This document shows positions 28,007 to 37,750 of a stretch of 39,084 nt of DNA, piece after piece; positions within the stretch are counted from its first letter, which is position 1, and each line of letters begins with the position of its first letter. The stretch is from Candidatus Jordarchaeia archaeon (GTDB taxonomy: Archaea > Asgardarchaeota > Jordiarchaeia > Jordiarchaeales > Jordiarchaeaceae). The translations under genes and the position numbers were made by a program. Location of the stretch: NCBI GenBank assembly GCA_029856435.1, contig JAHQXB010000117.1, positions 1 to 39,084 on the forward strand. Reading direction: 5' to 3'. Under the pieces are notes generated by a model that was not told the origin of the DNA, did not search any database, and was given only the letters and a program-made list of their open reading frames with translations.

Positions 28007-29473
28007 TTGTATTTGAAGACTGGCGAAGAGTATATTCAGGACATGATTGACATGAATTTTGAATTGTACATTGATGGCGGCAAAATTTCGGGCAAATCCG
28101 TTGTTAACCATCCCAAAGTGAAACCCATGATTAAAGCTATTGCCACAACCTACGATATGCAGCATGAGGAAAAACTAAAAGACTTTCTTCTTACCAAGTC
28201 CCACTTCACAGGAGAAACCATTAGTCGGTGGACTCACGTCGCCCAAACCGTGGAGGACCTCATAAGAAAAGTGGACATCACAAGATACGCTAACCGCAGA
28301 ATAGGTATGTGTTCCTTCCGCTGCGTCCACAACGCTTTCCCTGCACTACTTGCAACAACCAAAAAGATTGACGAGGCCAAAGGCACACACTACTATAAAA
28401 ACGCAGTGGAATACATAAAATATTTCCAGAAAAAAGATTTAATCGGCTGCCCAGCAATGACTGATCCAAAGGGTGACCGCCTACTTAAAGCCCACGAACA
28501 AAGCGACCCCGACATGTACCTAAGAGTTGTGGAAAAGGATAGAGACGGCATAGTCCTAAGGGGGGCAAAGCTCTGCCAGACTGGATCCGTGTGTGCTCAT
28601 GAAAAGTTTGTAGCGCCCTCCACCACCCATTATCCTGGTTCGGAGGACTATGCTGTTTGCTGCGCTGTTCCGGGCAACGCAAAGGGAATAAAAAACATTT
28701 CTGCACGCTATTCTCAAGACGACCGCCGAAGGGAAGATTTAGAATGGGACATTGGCAATCCAAAGTATGGCTTCCACGAAACAGTAGTAATATTTGACGA
28801 CGTTTTCGTCCCTTGGGAGAGGGTGTTTATGTGTGGTGAGGTGGAATTTACGGGAATGCTTGTTAACCTTTTGGGCGCATGTCACAGGCCGACCACAGGC
28901 GGCTGCAAAACAGGCTGGTCAGATGTTCTCATAGGGGCGGTTCAAGCCTACGCAGAATTAAACGGCACAGCAAACGTTTCCCACGTTAGGGAGAAAATAA
29001 CCGACATGATAAGTTACAATGAAACCATGTATTCCTGCGGCATAGCAGCATGCGTTAAAGCCACATACTACGAGGGTGCGGGAATGATACCAGACATAAT
29101 ACTTGCAAATAACACAAAGTATGTAGCTTCAAAGGCAGTCTACGAACTTATAAGGCTTGCAGAAGACATCACTGGGGGAATCATTACAACCTTACCCAGC
29201 GAGAAAGAATTCAAGAATCCCGAAATAGCCCACTACCTCGCAAGGTTCTATGCAGGAGCAAACGAAACTCCTGCGGAACACAGAGCAAGAATCGTAAGGC
29301 TGATTGAGAATCTAACCTATGGTGCAGGAGCCCTCTGCCACTCAGCAGCCCATGGCGGAGGTTCCGGACAGGCCTGCAAGATAACTATGTACTACGCTTC
29401 CAAAGGAGAACCCTTACAATCAAGAGTACGCGACGCCAAAAGAATCTGTGGCATAGGAAAGGAAGAAGAGTAA
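28007..29473 (+). CDS. 4-hydroxybutyryl-CoA dehydratase / 4-HPA 3-hydroxylase family protein, atypical
   Basis: KTGEEYI, CSFRC, AMTDPKGDR, VLRGAKLCQTG, FDDVFVPWERVF, HRPTTGGCK, HGGGS. Confidence 0.9.
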   Translation: MYLKTGEEYIQDMIDMNFELYIDGGKISGKSVVNHPKVKPMIKAIATTYDMQHEEKLKDFLLTKSHFTGETISRWTHVAQTVEDLIRKVDITRYANRRIGMCSFRCVHNAFPALLATTKKIDEAKGTHYYKNAVEYIKYFQKKDLIGCPAMTDPKGDRLLKAHEQSDPDMYLRVVEKDRDGIVLRGAKLCQTGSVCAHEKFVAPSTTHYPGSEDYAVCCAVPGNAKGIKNISARYSQDDRRREDLEWDIGNPKYGFHETVVIFDDVFVPWERVFMCGEVEFTGMLVNLLGACHRPTTGGCKTGWSDVLIGAVQAYAELNGTANVSHVREKITDMISYNETMYSCGIAACVKATYYEGAGMIPDIILANNTKYVASKAVYELIRLAEDITGGIITTLPSEKEFKNPEIAHYLARFYAGANETPAEHRARIVRLIENLTYGAGALCHSAAHGGGSGQACKITMYYASKGEPLQSRVRDAKRICGIGKEEE

Positions 29474-29562
29474 CCTCCCAAAATCCAAAAGAGAAAATAT
29501 TGATGGAGTGACCGCCACTTTTCGGTTGTATCTCAAATTTCTCTTTCATTGTTTTTCAATGT

Positions 29563-31461
29563 TTATTTTAGGTAGTCCAGTTTCAGGGAAGTTAACTTTT
29601 CAGGAGTGGGGACTCCCTTCTCGATGTCCCAGCCTCTCTCGCGGTAGTACTCATCAAGTATTTGTTCCAGCATTTGCTTGTCTACATCCTTCTTGGCATA
29701 TAGGGTTTTTAGGGTTAATGTTCTTTCGGGTGTTTCTTTGGGTTCAAGCCAAACTCTGGGAAAGCAGTCATCGCTTCTGTTGAAGCCCTCCCGCACATTC
29801 AACATTTTGTAGAGGTTGAAACAGCGTTCGCCCTTCAATTTCAATTCTCCAGGCTCAACGTCTATTCCGGAGATGCAGCCATATATCTCTGCAAGTGTTT
29901 TGAGTATAGGGTAGCCAAACATTGATAGAGTATTAACAATCACGTAGCAGGCGCCTATAGAGTTTAGAACCATCATACAATCCTCTGACTGGGCAGTCAA
30001 TCTCCCCAGATTTTCCTTCTCGGGGGTATTGTATAATTCTGGGACGTCCTGTGTGGTTAGTCTACCGCCGAAGTTGCCCCAAGCCTGGAAGCCTCCCTTT
30101 GGATTCACCACTTGGGAAATCATGGAGGAATCCAGCCTATTGAATCGGGCGTCAAATATGCAGTCCGTTCCCTTAACAATTCCTCGACTATGTTTATAGT
30201 GGACAAGAGCATCGTACTCTAGGTGTTGGGATAGAGCAAACCAACCATCGGCGGCCACGGCTCCGATACCTTCCCTATTTTCTATTTTTTCCAAGAATTC
30301 CAAATAGCTATCCAAGTTTCTCTCCAGAGTGAAGCCCAAAAGGTCTTCCCTGGTTATTTTGCCCTCTCTGAGGAGCCGAGACAAGTAATCCGCCATTTCT
30401 GAAAAGGTGTACAAGCATACGCCTGCCCTGTTACAGGCGTCAACCAGCTTGAGGGCTTCGCGGTAATCCTCCAACTCTAGTTTTTGGCCCAGATTAGCAG
30501 TATTTATGAAGTGGGTGGTCTTCACTTCGGTACCAGTTAATGGGCCTTCAGTGACTCGGTGTTGAGTTTTGCAACCTATGGGACAGGATAAACAAGCCTC
30601 GGAAGCCAATCTGGATTGGGTGAATGGAACCATCCCGTAGAGCTCATTGAACTTATCCTTAGTCCAGATTCCAGAGGACATGTTCCTGAGGTAAATCATC
30701 TCCCAGAAAACGTGGGCTCCCATATCTTGAGCGGTTTTAAAAATGTCCTGGGATTTTATGAGGTTCACTATTTCCTTGGCCTTTTTGAATAGCTCCTTCT
30801 GACGGGCCACCCTTATTCCTCCGGTGCCCTGAGCGACAATTGCTTTAATGTTTTTGGAGCCCAGAACCGCCCCAAAGCCTCCCCGACCCAAGGTTCCCAA
30901 ACCATCAACTATGGTCAGTGATAGTCTAACCAGATTTATGCCTGCGGGGCCATTAGCAACTACGCCTGAGCCTGGGTGTAGGGAGAGGAGTTTTTCGGTG
31001 GTTTGATAAGTATCGCAGCCTTTAATGGGGGAGGCGTCCTTGACCTCTACTCCACCATCTTTAATATGGAGGTAAACTGGTTTTGGGGATTTACCTCTAA
31101 TGATGAGGTGGTCGAATCCCGCCCTCTTCATCATGAGTCCGAACCTTTTAAAGCCCCCAATAGCGGTGGTTACGTAGTGTTTCCCATCCTCAGAAGCAGG
31201 TATTGCAAATTTTGTCACTGCAAAAACCTTGGAACCCAAAGGTGCCCCGGTGCCCACTATTGGTCCCACACCAAGAACAATAACGTTATCCTCAGACAGG
31301 GGGTCGGCCTTGGGTTTGTGGTGGTGGCTGAAAAGCTTAAAGCTTAATCCTGCTCCTCCAATATAGTCATTAATCCAATCCTCCTCTAAGGGGATAACTT
31401 CCTTTGTTCCGGAGGTTAGGTCCAAATCTAGAACCGCACCCGCATAACCATAATAATCCAT
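29563..31461 (-). CDS. aor: Aldehyde:ferredoxin oxidoreductase family (tungsten-pterin)
   Basis: YGYAG..L.LDLT, YIGGAG, GRGGFGAVLGSKNIKAI, CLSCPIGC, GERCFNLYKMLNVREG, YY.ERGWD...GVPT. Substrate subfamily unknown. Confidence 0.92.
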   Translation of the reverse strand: MDYYGYAGAVLDLDLTSGTKEVIPLEEDWINDYIGGAGLSFKLFSHHHKPKADPLSEDNVIVLGVGPIVGTGAPLGSKVFAVTKFAIPASEDGKHYVTTAIGGFKRFGLMMKRAGFDHLIIRGKSPKPVYLHIKDGGVEVKDASPIKGCDTYQTTEKLLSLHPGSGVVANGPAGINLVRLSLTIVDGLGTLGRGGFGAVLGSKNIKAIVAQGTGGIRVARQKELFKKAKEIVNLIKSQDIFKTAQDMGAHVFWEMIYLRNMSSGIWTKDKFNELYGMVPFTQSRLASEACLSCPIGCKTQHRVTEGPLTGTEVKTTHFINTANLGQKLELEDYREALKLVDACNRAGVCLYTFSEMADYLSRLLREGKITREDLLGFTLERNLDSYLEFLEKIENREGIGAVAADGWFALSQHLEYDALVHYKHSRGIVKGTDCIFDARFNRLDSSMISQVVNPKGGFQAWGNFGGRLTTQDVPELYNTPEKENLGRLTAQSEDCMMVLNSIGACYVIVNTLSMFGYPILKTLAEIYGCISGIDVEPGELKLKGERCFNLYKMLNVREGFNRSDDCFPRVWLEPKETPERTLTLKTLYAKKDVDKQMLEQILDEYYRERGWDIEKGVPTPEKLTSLKLDYLK

Positions 31462-31484
31462 TATTATTCAGACTCCAAAAATTA

Positions 31485-31697
31485 TTACTTGGGTTTTAAT
31501 GCCTGGTAGGCACAGTAGTCAGCACAGAAACTACAGTTTTCCCTGCAGGTCTCAAGGAAAGTAATAGCGCCTTTCTCGATGGTTAGATTAGCCTTTGAGG
31601 GGTTCGCCTCTCCCTCGTGCAGGAGAGAGCAGAAAATCTGGCACTGCAGGCAAATTCGACATTTTGAAGGGTCAACTATTATATTCGCCTTTTTCAA
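31485..31697 (-). CDS. Small 4Fe-4S dicluster protein associated with AOR
   Basis: CRICLQCQIFC and CRENCSFCADYC; directly upstream of aor on the same strand. Confidence 0.88.
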   Translation of the reverse strand: MKKANIIVDPSKCRICLQCQIFCSLLHEGEANPSKANLTIEKGAITFLETCRENCSFCADYCAYQALKPK

Positions 31698-31927
31698 GCA
31701 CCCATCTCCATCAAAAGTATGTTAATCCGATAGGGACAAGAAATATTTTAATATTATGTCAAAAAGGATTCCCGCACCCAAAAAAGGGACTGATTTATAA
31801 ATTGCGTCTTCTCACTAATCCTCTGATATTGTCTGGATTAACTGGAAAGGTTTGGTGTCACCAATTAAAAGTTAATGAGACTATCCGGAATCAGGTAAAT
31901 CCATCCGACATTTTGGGAGGAATATTA

Positions 31928-33076
31928 TTGTCCAGTGAAGTAGGTAAACGTGTAGATTTCTTGGAAGGAAATGTGGCCTGCGCAGAGGGAGCGTTAGCTG
32001 CGGGCTGCAGGTTCTTTGCGTTTTATCCCATTACTCCCGCAAGAGAGATAGGTCAGGTTATGGCTTCAAAAATGCCCAAAGTGGGGGGAATCAGCATACA
32101 AATGGAAGACGAGATAGCATCAATATCATCAGTCATAGGAGCCTCTTGGGCGGGTCTAAAGTCTATGACGGCGACCAGCGGACCCGGCTTCAGCCTAATG
32201 CAGGAAGGAATAGGCTACGCGGTTCAGACCGAAACCCCCTGCGTAATAGTGGATGTTCAGCGGGGAGGACCGGGCGTTGGACAGGTGGGGGTGCCCCTAC
32301 AGGGGGATGTGATGCAATCCAGGCATGGTGCCCATGGAGAGTATCCCATACTGGTTCTTGCACCATCCTCACCCCAAGACATGTTTGATTTTACTGTGGA
32401 AGCGTTCAATTTGTCTGAGGCTCTGAGAACACCAGTAATCCTTCTGACTGATGCTTACGTTAGTTTCATGAGGGAAAGTGTTGTCATTCGGCCAAGTGGG
32501 GATATCCCAATAATAAATAGAAAGAAGCCCCATGCGGTGGGGGAAACCTCCTTTTTCCTAAGTGAGGATGTGGCTCCCATGCCTGCTTTTGGTTCCGGAT
32601 TCCGGGTTCACGTTACTGGTTCATGCCATGATGAGAGAGGATACCGTAAAGTCAGTGACCCAAAGGACTTGGATCATTTGATTAAGAGAATTTATAGAAA
32701 GTTTGAGAAGCACTGGAAAGAAATTGTAAGATTACAAATGCATCAAGTTGATGATGCCAGAATTGTCCTGCTGACATACGGCAGCCCCTTTAGATCCACG
32801 CTGTGGGCGTTGAAAAAAGCAAGAATGGAGGGGATAATGGTGGGGTGTGTTAGACTTGTTACCATTTGGCCTTTCGCCCGGCGGGAGATTGCAAGGATAG
32901 CGGAGCAAGTGGATAAAATCATAGTTTTGGAGAATAATATGGGGCAAATTCTTGATTATGTGAGGAGTGCGGCTTGCGGAATGGCGGAGGTTGGGTTTCT
33001 GCCTCCCCAGACTCTGGGAGCCATACATAACCCCAAATATGTTTTGGAAGCCATAAGAAGGGAGGCATCCTCATGA
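31928..33076 (+). CDS. 2-oxoacid:ferredoxin oxidoreductase alpha subunit
   Basis: GNVACAEGA, FYPITP, QMEDE, ATSGPGFSLMQE, VDVQRGGP. Real start TTG 31928 behind GGGAGG. Confidence 0.93.
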   Translation: MSSEVGKRVDFLEGNVACAEGALAAGCRFFAFYPITPAREIGQVMASKMPKVGGISIQMEDEIASISSVIGASWAGLKSMTATSGPGFSLMQEGIGYAVQTETPCVIVDVQRGGPGVGQVGVPLQGDVMQSRHGAHGEYPILVLAPSSPQDMFDFTVEAFNLSEALRTPVILLTDAYVSFMRESVVIRPSGDIPIINRKKPHAVGETSFFLSEDVAPMPAFGSGFRVHVTGSCHDERGYRKVSDPKDLDHLIKRIYRKFEKHWKEIVRLQMHQVDDARIVLLTYGSPFRSTLWALKKARMEGIMVGCVRLVTIWPFARREIARIAEQVDKIIVLENNMGQILDYVRSAACGMAEVGFLPPQTLGAIHNPKYVLEAIRREASS

Positions 33077-33906
33077 GTGGAAGATCTGTACATCCATTAA
33101 TGAAGTATATTAGGCCGGAAACATTGCCTCTCCCCCACTGTCCAGGCTGCGGTGACGGAGTCATTGCCCAATGTATTCTAAGAGCAGTTGACGAGTTGGG
33201 TCTCGACTTCACAAAACTGGCCTTCGTTTCGGGAATAGGCTGTGCGGGTTGGATACCCAGTCCCCTATTTTACACGGATGTGCTTCACACAACGCATGGC
33301 CGCCCCATTGCCTTTGCCACTGGTTTAAAACTGGCAAATCCCGAGCTGAACGTGGTGGTTATCTCGGGGGACGGAGACCTGTCAGCCATAGGGGGCAACC
33401 ACCTCATTCATGGAGCTAGGAGAAACATTGGACTCTCAGTCATCTGTGTTAACAACTTTATCTATGGAATGACAGGAGCACAGGTGGCTCCAACAACTCC
33501 CCATGGTCTGCAAACGGATACCACGCCTTATGGCAACCTTGAAAACCCCTTTGATTTGTGTAAACTCGTGGAGGCAGCCGGTGGAACCTATGTGGCACGA
33601 TGGTCAACGCTGCATGCAAGACAGCTCATCAGATCCATTAAAAAGTCCCTTCAGAGGAAGGGATTCTCATTCATTGAAGTGCTCTCACCGTGCCCCGTAC
33701 GCTACGGCCCCCTCATTAAAGTAAGGCACCCCGTTGACATGGTAAAATGGCTTCAAGGAATCATGGTGGGCAAAGAAGAGGCTAAAAAGCTCTCAGCAGA
33801 GGAGCTTAGCCAAAAAATAGTGGTGGGCGAATTCGTTGAGAAGACCGCTCCCGAATTATCGGAACAATACACTAAGATGAGGTGGACAGAAAATGGCGAG
33901 AACTGA
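33073..33906 (+). CDS. 2-oxoacid:ferredoxin oxidoreductase beta subunit (TPP-binding)
   Basis: HCPGCGDG, SGIGC, HGR, GDGD...IGGNH, NNFIYGMTG.Q, SPCP. Confidence 0.94.
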   Translation: MSGRSVHPLMKYIRPETLPLPHCPGCGDGVIAQCILRAVDELGLDFTKLAFVSGIGCAGWIPSPLFYTDVLHTTHGRPIAFATGLKLANPELNVVVISGDGDLSAIGGNHLIHGARRNIGLSVICVNNFIYGMTGAQVAPTTPHGLQTDTTPYGNLENPFDLCKLVEAAGGTYVARWSTLHARQLIRSIKKSLQRKGFSFIEVLSPCPVRYGPLIKVRHPVDMVKWLQGIMVGKEEAKKLSAEELSQKIVVGEFVEKTAPELSEQYTKMRWTENGEN

Positions 33907-34438
33907 AATTCGCATCGTGGGCTCCGGAGGGCAGGGAGTCATAACTATGGGGGAACTATTGGCTAGGACAGCCACCATATATGAGGGAAAAATTGCAACA
34001 CAAGTTACATCCTACGGGGCAAAGGTGAGGGGGGGAGACATTTGGACTGAAGTAGTAATATCTGATGAAGAAATTGATTATCCGGGGGCCATAGATGCCG
34101 ACATCTACGTTTTCACTTCCCAGGAAGCAGTAGACAAGCAGGGAGGCGCAATAAAGGGGGACAAAACAGTAATAGTAGATTCTACTCTGGTGAGGAGTTG
34201 TCCATTTGAAGGCGTGAAAATTTACCAGGTGCCAGCCTTAGAGCTCTCGGAAAAAGAGCTGGGAAGCAACCTCTACTCCAACATAATATTACTAGGCTTC
34301 TTGGTGGCAGTAACAGGAATAATCAAGAAAGAAACCATACTTAAAGCCGTGAGGGAAACAGTAAAACATCCAAATATAAACACTAGAGCCCTAGAAATGG
34401 GATTCGCCCTCGCTGATATGGAACAACACAAAGAATAG
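33893..34438 (+). CDS. 2-oxoacid:ferredoxin oxidoreductase gamma subunit
   Basis: EIRIVGSGGQGVI, SYGAKVRGG, NIILLG. Confidence 0.93.
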   Translation: MARTEIRIVGSGGQGVITMGELLARTATIYEGKIATQVTSYGAKVRGGDIWTEVVISDEEIDYPGAIDADIYVFTSQEAVDKQGGAIKGDKTVIVDSTLVRSCPFEGVKIYQVPALELSEKELGSNLYSNIILLGFLVAVTGIIKKETILKAVRETVKHPNINTRALEMGFALADMEQHKE

Positions 34439-34880
34439 AAGAGCAAAAGTAAACAGCAGAACAAAAATTAAGGAATGACATACTGTTTTGCATCACTCCA
34501 TTTCACTTATTTTTGTGTCTATGTGGGTGATGTAGATTAGTCCGATTCCACCCCTCATATCGAGGCTCTGAATCAGAAAAGAAGCTCTATGAACCATATG
34601 TTTAAACAACACTCCGGGGGGCTGAATTTTTGTGGTTTGACCTTGCCTTAGTCTGCCTCTGCATCCCTTCCTACCTCCATTTTTTTACACAAATGTGTTA
34701 AAAAGATGGGGAAATGGTTTCTCTCAAAACCAGCCACAAAAACAGATCCCTACAAACAGGAGTGCTGCCTAAACATATTATAGCTATGAAAGCTTCTTTC
34801 GGAGGCGGAATCGAACGAATCTACACCGCGTGTCTATGTGGAGGATAACATTTAAGACGGGGGAATATTTCAACTAGGTT

Positions 34881-35435
34881 ATGTTAACTCGGGATGAAGC
34901 CTTAAAAATGGTGAAGGAGCACCTTAAAGATGATAAATTGGTGAAACATGTTCTAGCTGTGGAGGCTATAATGCGGAACCTGGCCAAACACCTAGGAGAA
35001 GACGAAGAACTTTGGGGAATAGTGGGTTTAATACATGATCTAGATTATCAGGAAACTATGAATTCCCCAGAAGTACATGCCACTAAAACTGTGGAGTATC
35101 TTCAGGGTCTGGTGCCCCAAGAAGTTATTAATGCGGTGAAGGCTCACAACTATGAGTACACCCGTGTTCGACCTCAGACCAGGCTGGAGAAGGGGCTCAT
35201 TTGTTCGGACGCCGTCTCAGGTTTGGTTATAGCAGCCGCTCTCGTAATGCCCACCAAGAAGTTGGAACAGGTTAGAGTTGAAACACTCAAAAAGAAGTTT
35301 AAAGACAAAACATTTGCCTCAGCCACAGGCCGGGACAGGATTAGGGTTTGTGAAGAAATCGGAGTGCCAATTGCAGAATTCTTCAGGATAAGTCTGGAGG
35401 CCCTCCAGAAAATTTCCAGTAGTCTAGGTCTGTGA
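34881..35435 (+). CDS. HDIG-domain metal-dependent phosphohydrolase
   Basis: KHVLAVEAIM, GLIHDLDY, H, AHN, CSDAVSGL. The stop codon TGA is supplied by the inserted element end. Confidence 0.9.
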   Translation: MLTRDEALKMVKEHLKDDKLVKHVLAVEAIMRNLAKHLGEDEELWGIVGLIHDLDYQETMNSPEVHATKTVEYLQGLVPQEVINAVKAHNYEYTRVRPQTRLEKGLICSDAVSGLVIAAALVMPTKKLEQVRVETLKKKFKDKTFASATGRDRIRVCEEIGVPIAEFFRISLEALQKISSSLGL

Positions 35436-35690
35436 ACTACCACCCTTTGAGAAGGGTGGCTTCTGAGGCCGTGCCTTGAACAACACTACTAAGTTCGCTG
35501 GACGGCAATGCCTCAGTTATGGGCTGGTTCACGACAGCTCCTATGCCAGACATCGAGCCTGGCACTCGTCCGTTGCCGAACGTACCGAAGTCCTTTTGGG
35601 TATCCCAAGCTTCATGCTCACAGCGTGGCTTGGGTTTCTCCAGTTGTTCCTCTAAGGGGAACATTTCTATATTCTATTCACTTCGCCAGC
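35432..35690 (-). mobile_element. 259-bp non-autonomous IS200/IS605-type mini-element with omegaRNA-like body
   Basis: The minus strand ends GAAG-CCACCCTT-CTCA-AAGGGTGG-TAGTTCAC (canonical right-end hairpin + TCAC). It starts right after TTTAA, with a left hairpin at 35645-35663. Removing it regenerates CTT TAA at the end of the HD gene. Confidence 0.8.
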
Positions 35691-35811
35691 TTAAAAACTT
35701 CATCAATTCATCCAACGTTTAAAAACGGTGGTCTTCTTGAGGTGGTCTCTATAAAAAAAGGGAGGAAAGGATAAAACTTTTTCTGGTGGGGACCTGTTTT
35801 ACTTTTTGGGT

Positions 35812-37446
35812 TTAGAACCAGTCTTTGGGCTGATACTCGCCAAATACGCTGACGAGGGTTTCTCTTATTTCTCCCAGAGTGGCGTAGGCATGGGCACATT
35901 TTATGAGATAGGGCATTAGGTTGTTTTCGGTTCTGGCCTGTTTTTCAAGCTCCTTTAAGGCGTCTCTTACTTTGTCATTGTTTCTGGTTTCCCTAAGTTT
36001 TTTGAGCCTCTCACATTGTACTCGTTCAACCTCAGGGTCAACTACCAACACTGGAATGCACACCTCATCGTCCTGGTCTGTCCTGTAGCAGTTCACTCCC
36101 ACGATTTTTCTCTTGCCTTGTTCTACCTCCTTCTGGTATTTGTAGGAGGCTTTAGCTATTTCGTTCTGGAAGAACCCCTTCTTTATGCATTCTATTACTC
36201 CACCCTTCTTTTCAATTATATCAAAGTACTTGTAGGTTTCCTCTTCCATCTTGTTTGTCAACCACTCCACATAGTAGGAGCCTCCCAGGGGGTCTATGGA
36301 GTCTGTGACGCCGGTTTCGTAGGCTATTATCTGTTGGGTTCTCAAAGCCAACTTTACTGCCTCTTCTGTTGGAAGGGCATAAGCTTCATCGTAAGAGTTT
36401 GTGTGCAACGATTGTGTGCCTCCCAAAACAGCAGCGAGGGCCTGGATGGCTACTCTAACCACGTTGTTTAATGGTTGCTGGGCGGTTAGGGAAACACCCG
36501 CTGTTTGGGTGTGGAAGCGCAGCATCATGGAGCGGGGATTGGTTGCGCCCCTATTTTTCATTTCCTTGGCCCAAATTCTCCTTGCCGCCCGATACTTTGC
36601 GATTTCTTCAAAGAAGTAGTTGTGGGCATTAAAGAAGAAGGACAATCTGGGGGCGAAGGCATCTATATTCATCCCCCTCTCTAGGGCAGCATCCACATAG
36701 GTGAGACCATCCGCCAAGGTGAAGGCCAGTTCTTGGACTGCGGTGGCTCCCGCCTCCCTTATGTGGTAGCCGCTTATACTGATGGTGTTCCAGCGGGGCA
36801 ATTCCTCTGTTCCAAACTCAAAGGTGTCTAGAATCAGTCTCATTGAGGGTTCCGGCGGAAAGATGTATGAGTTCTGGGCAATGTATTCCTTCAGTATGTC
36901 GTTTTGAATGGTTCCGCCTAATTCTTTTCTTTGGGCACCCTGATTCTCAGCAGCCGCAATGTAGAAGGCCCAGATAATTGCTGCGGGACCATTTATAGTC
37001 ATTGAGGTGGTAACCTTGTTGAGCGGAATTCCGTCAAAAAGTACCTCCATATCCGCCAAGGAGGATATGGCAACTCCACACTTTCCAACCTCGCCGTGGG
37101 CAAGGGGATGATCAGAGTCGTAACCATAGAGGGTGGGAAAATCAAATGCCACGCTTAGACCTGTTTCCCCATGTTCTAGAAGGTATTTGAATCTTTTATT
37201 GGTGTCAAAGGCTGTGCCGTAGCCGGAGAACATTCGCATGGTCCAAAGGCGGCCTCTATACATTGTGTGATATACTCCACGTACAAAGGGAAACTCTCCG
37301 GGGAGCCCCAAATCCTTATGATAATTTATTTGAATATCGTCAGGTGTATAAAACGGTTTAACTTCAATATCGGATAGGGTGGTGAACTTTTCTGCTCTCT
37401 CCACGTACTCAGACTCTCCCTTTTTGAAGGTTTCAATCTTTGTCAT
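35812..37446 (-). CDS. B12-dependent acyl-CoA mutase large subunit, isobutyryl-CoA-mutase-like signature
   Basis: [59 protein letters not shown]. Start ATG 37446 behind GGGGTGA (the ORF track starts at 37548). Confidence 0.93.
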   Translation of the reverse strand: MTKIETFKKGESEYVERAEKFTTLSDIEVKPFYTPDDIQINYHKDLGLPGEFPFVRGVYHTMYRGRLWTMRMFSGYGTAFDTNKRFKYLLEHGETGLSVAFDFPTLYGYDSDHPLAHGEVGKCGVAISSLADMEVLFDGIPLNKVTTSMTINGPAAIIWAFYIAAAENQGAQRKELGGTIQNDILKEYIAQNSYIFPPEPSMRLILDTFEFGTEELPRWNTISISGYHIREAGATAVQELAFTLADGLTYVDAALERGMNIDAFAPRLSFFFNAHNYFFEEIAKYRAARRIWAKEMKNRGATNPRSMMLRFHTQTAGVSLTAQQPLNNVVRVAIQALAAVLGGTQSLHTNSYDEAYALPTEEAVKLALRTQQIIAYETGVTDSIDPLGGSYYVEWLTNKMEEETYKYFDIIEKKGGVIECIKKGFFQNEIAKASYKYQKEVEQGKRKIVGVNCYRTDQDDEVCIPVLVVDPEVERVQCERLKKLRETRNNDKVRDALKELEKQARTENNLMPYLIKCAHAYATLGEIRETLVSVFGEYQPKDWF

Positions 37447-37585
37447 TTCTATCACCCCAAACTCGGCATAAAAGAGCCTAGTAAGGCTGCATGAAACTAA
37501 ACGCATATTTTTGATTGACAACCAAACTGAAGAATATTTCAAATACACTATAAATCTTGTGGTAACTTTTGGGCACTGCTAGCTG

Positions 37586-37750
37586 AGTGGCACCTATCAT
37601 GCGCTATACGTTTTTCGGCTCAAACACCCTTCATCTGGGCTTATTTGGGCGTTTTTCACCCTGGGAACAACTGCGAGCATGCCCCTATAGGGGTCTTAGG
37701 GCGCTCTCCGAACATGCACACGATAGGTAACGCCTAGTTAATTGTGCCAC
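37586..37750. other. Nested inverted-repeat element (candidate structured RNA or MITE)
   Basis: AGTGGCAC 37586-93 / GTGCCACT 37743-50; ACCTATC / GATAGGT; AAACACCC / GGGCGTTT; GCATG / CATGC; GCCCT / AGGGC. Confidence 0.35.

Noticed and set aside
31595-31927. N-terminal extension of the OFOR alpha ORF
   Set aside because: It overlaps the divergent ferredoxin gene and promoter region; homology and the RBS place the start at 31928.
34801-34830. tRNA-like fragment (minus strand CGCGGTGTAG...GTTCGATTCC)
   Set aside because: The T-stem does not pair and there is no room for D and anticodon arms.
35437-35664. 75-aa ORF MFPLEEQ... as a real protein
   Set aside because: It lies wholly inside the IS605-type mini-element and resembles a TnpB tail frame; the RNA structure explains the sequence better.
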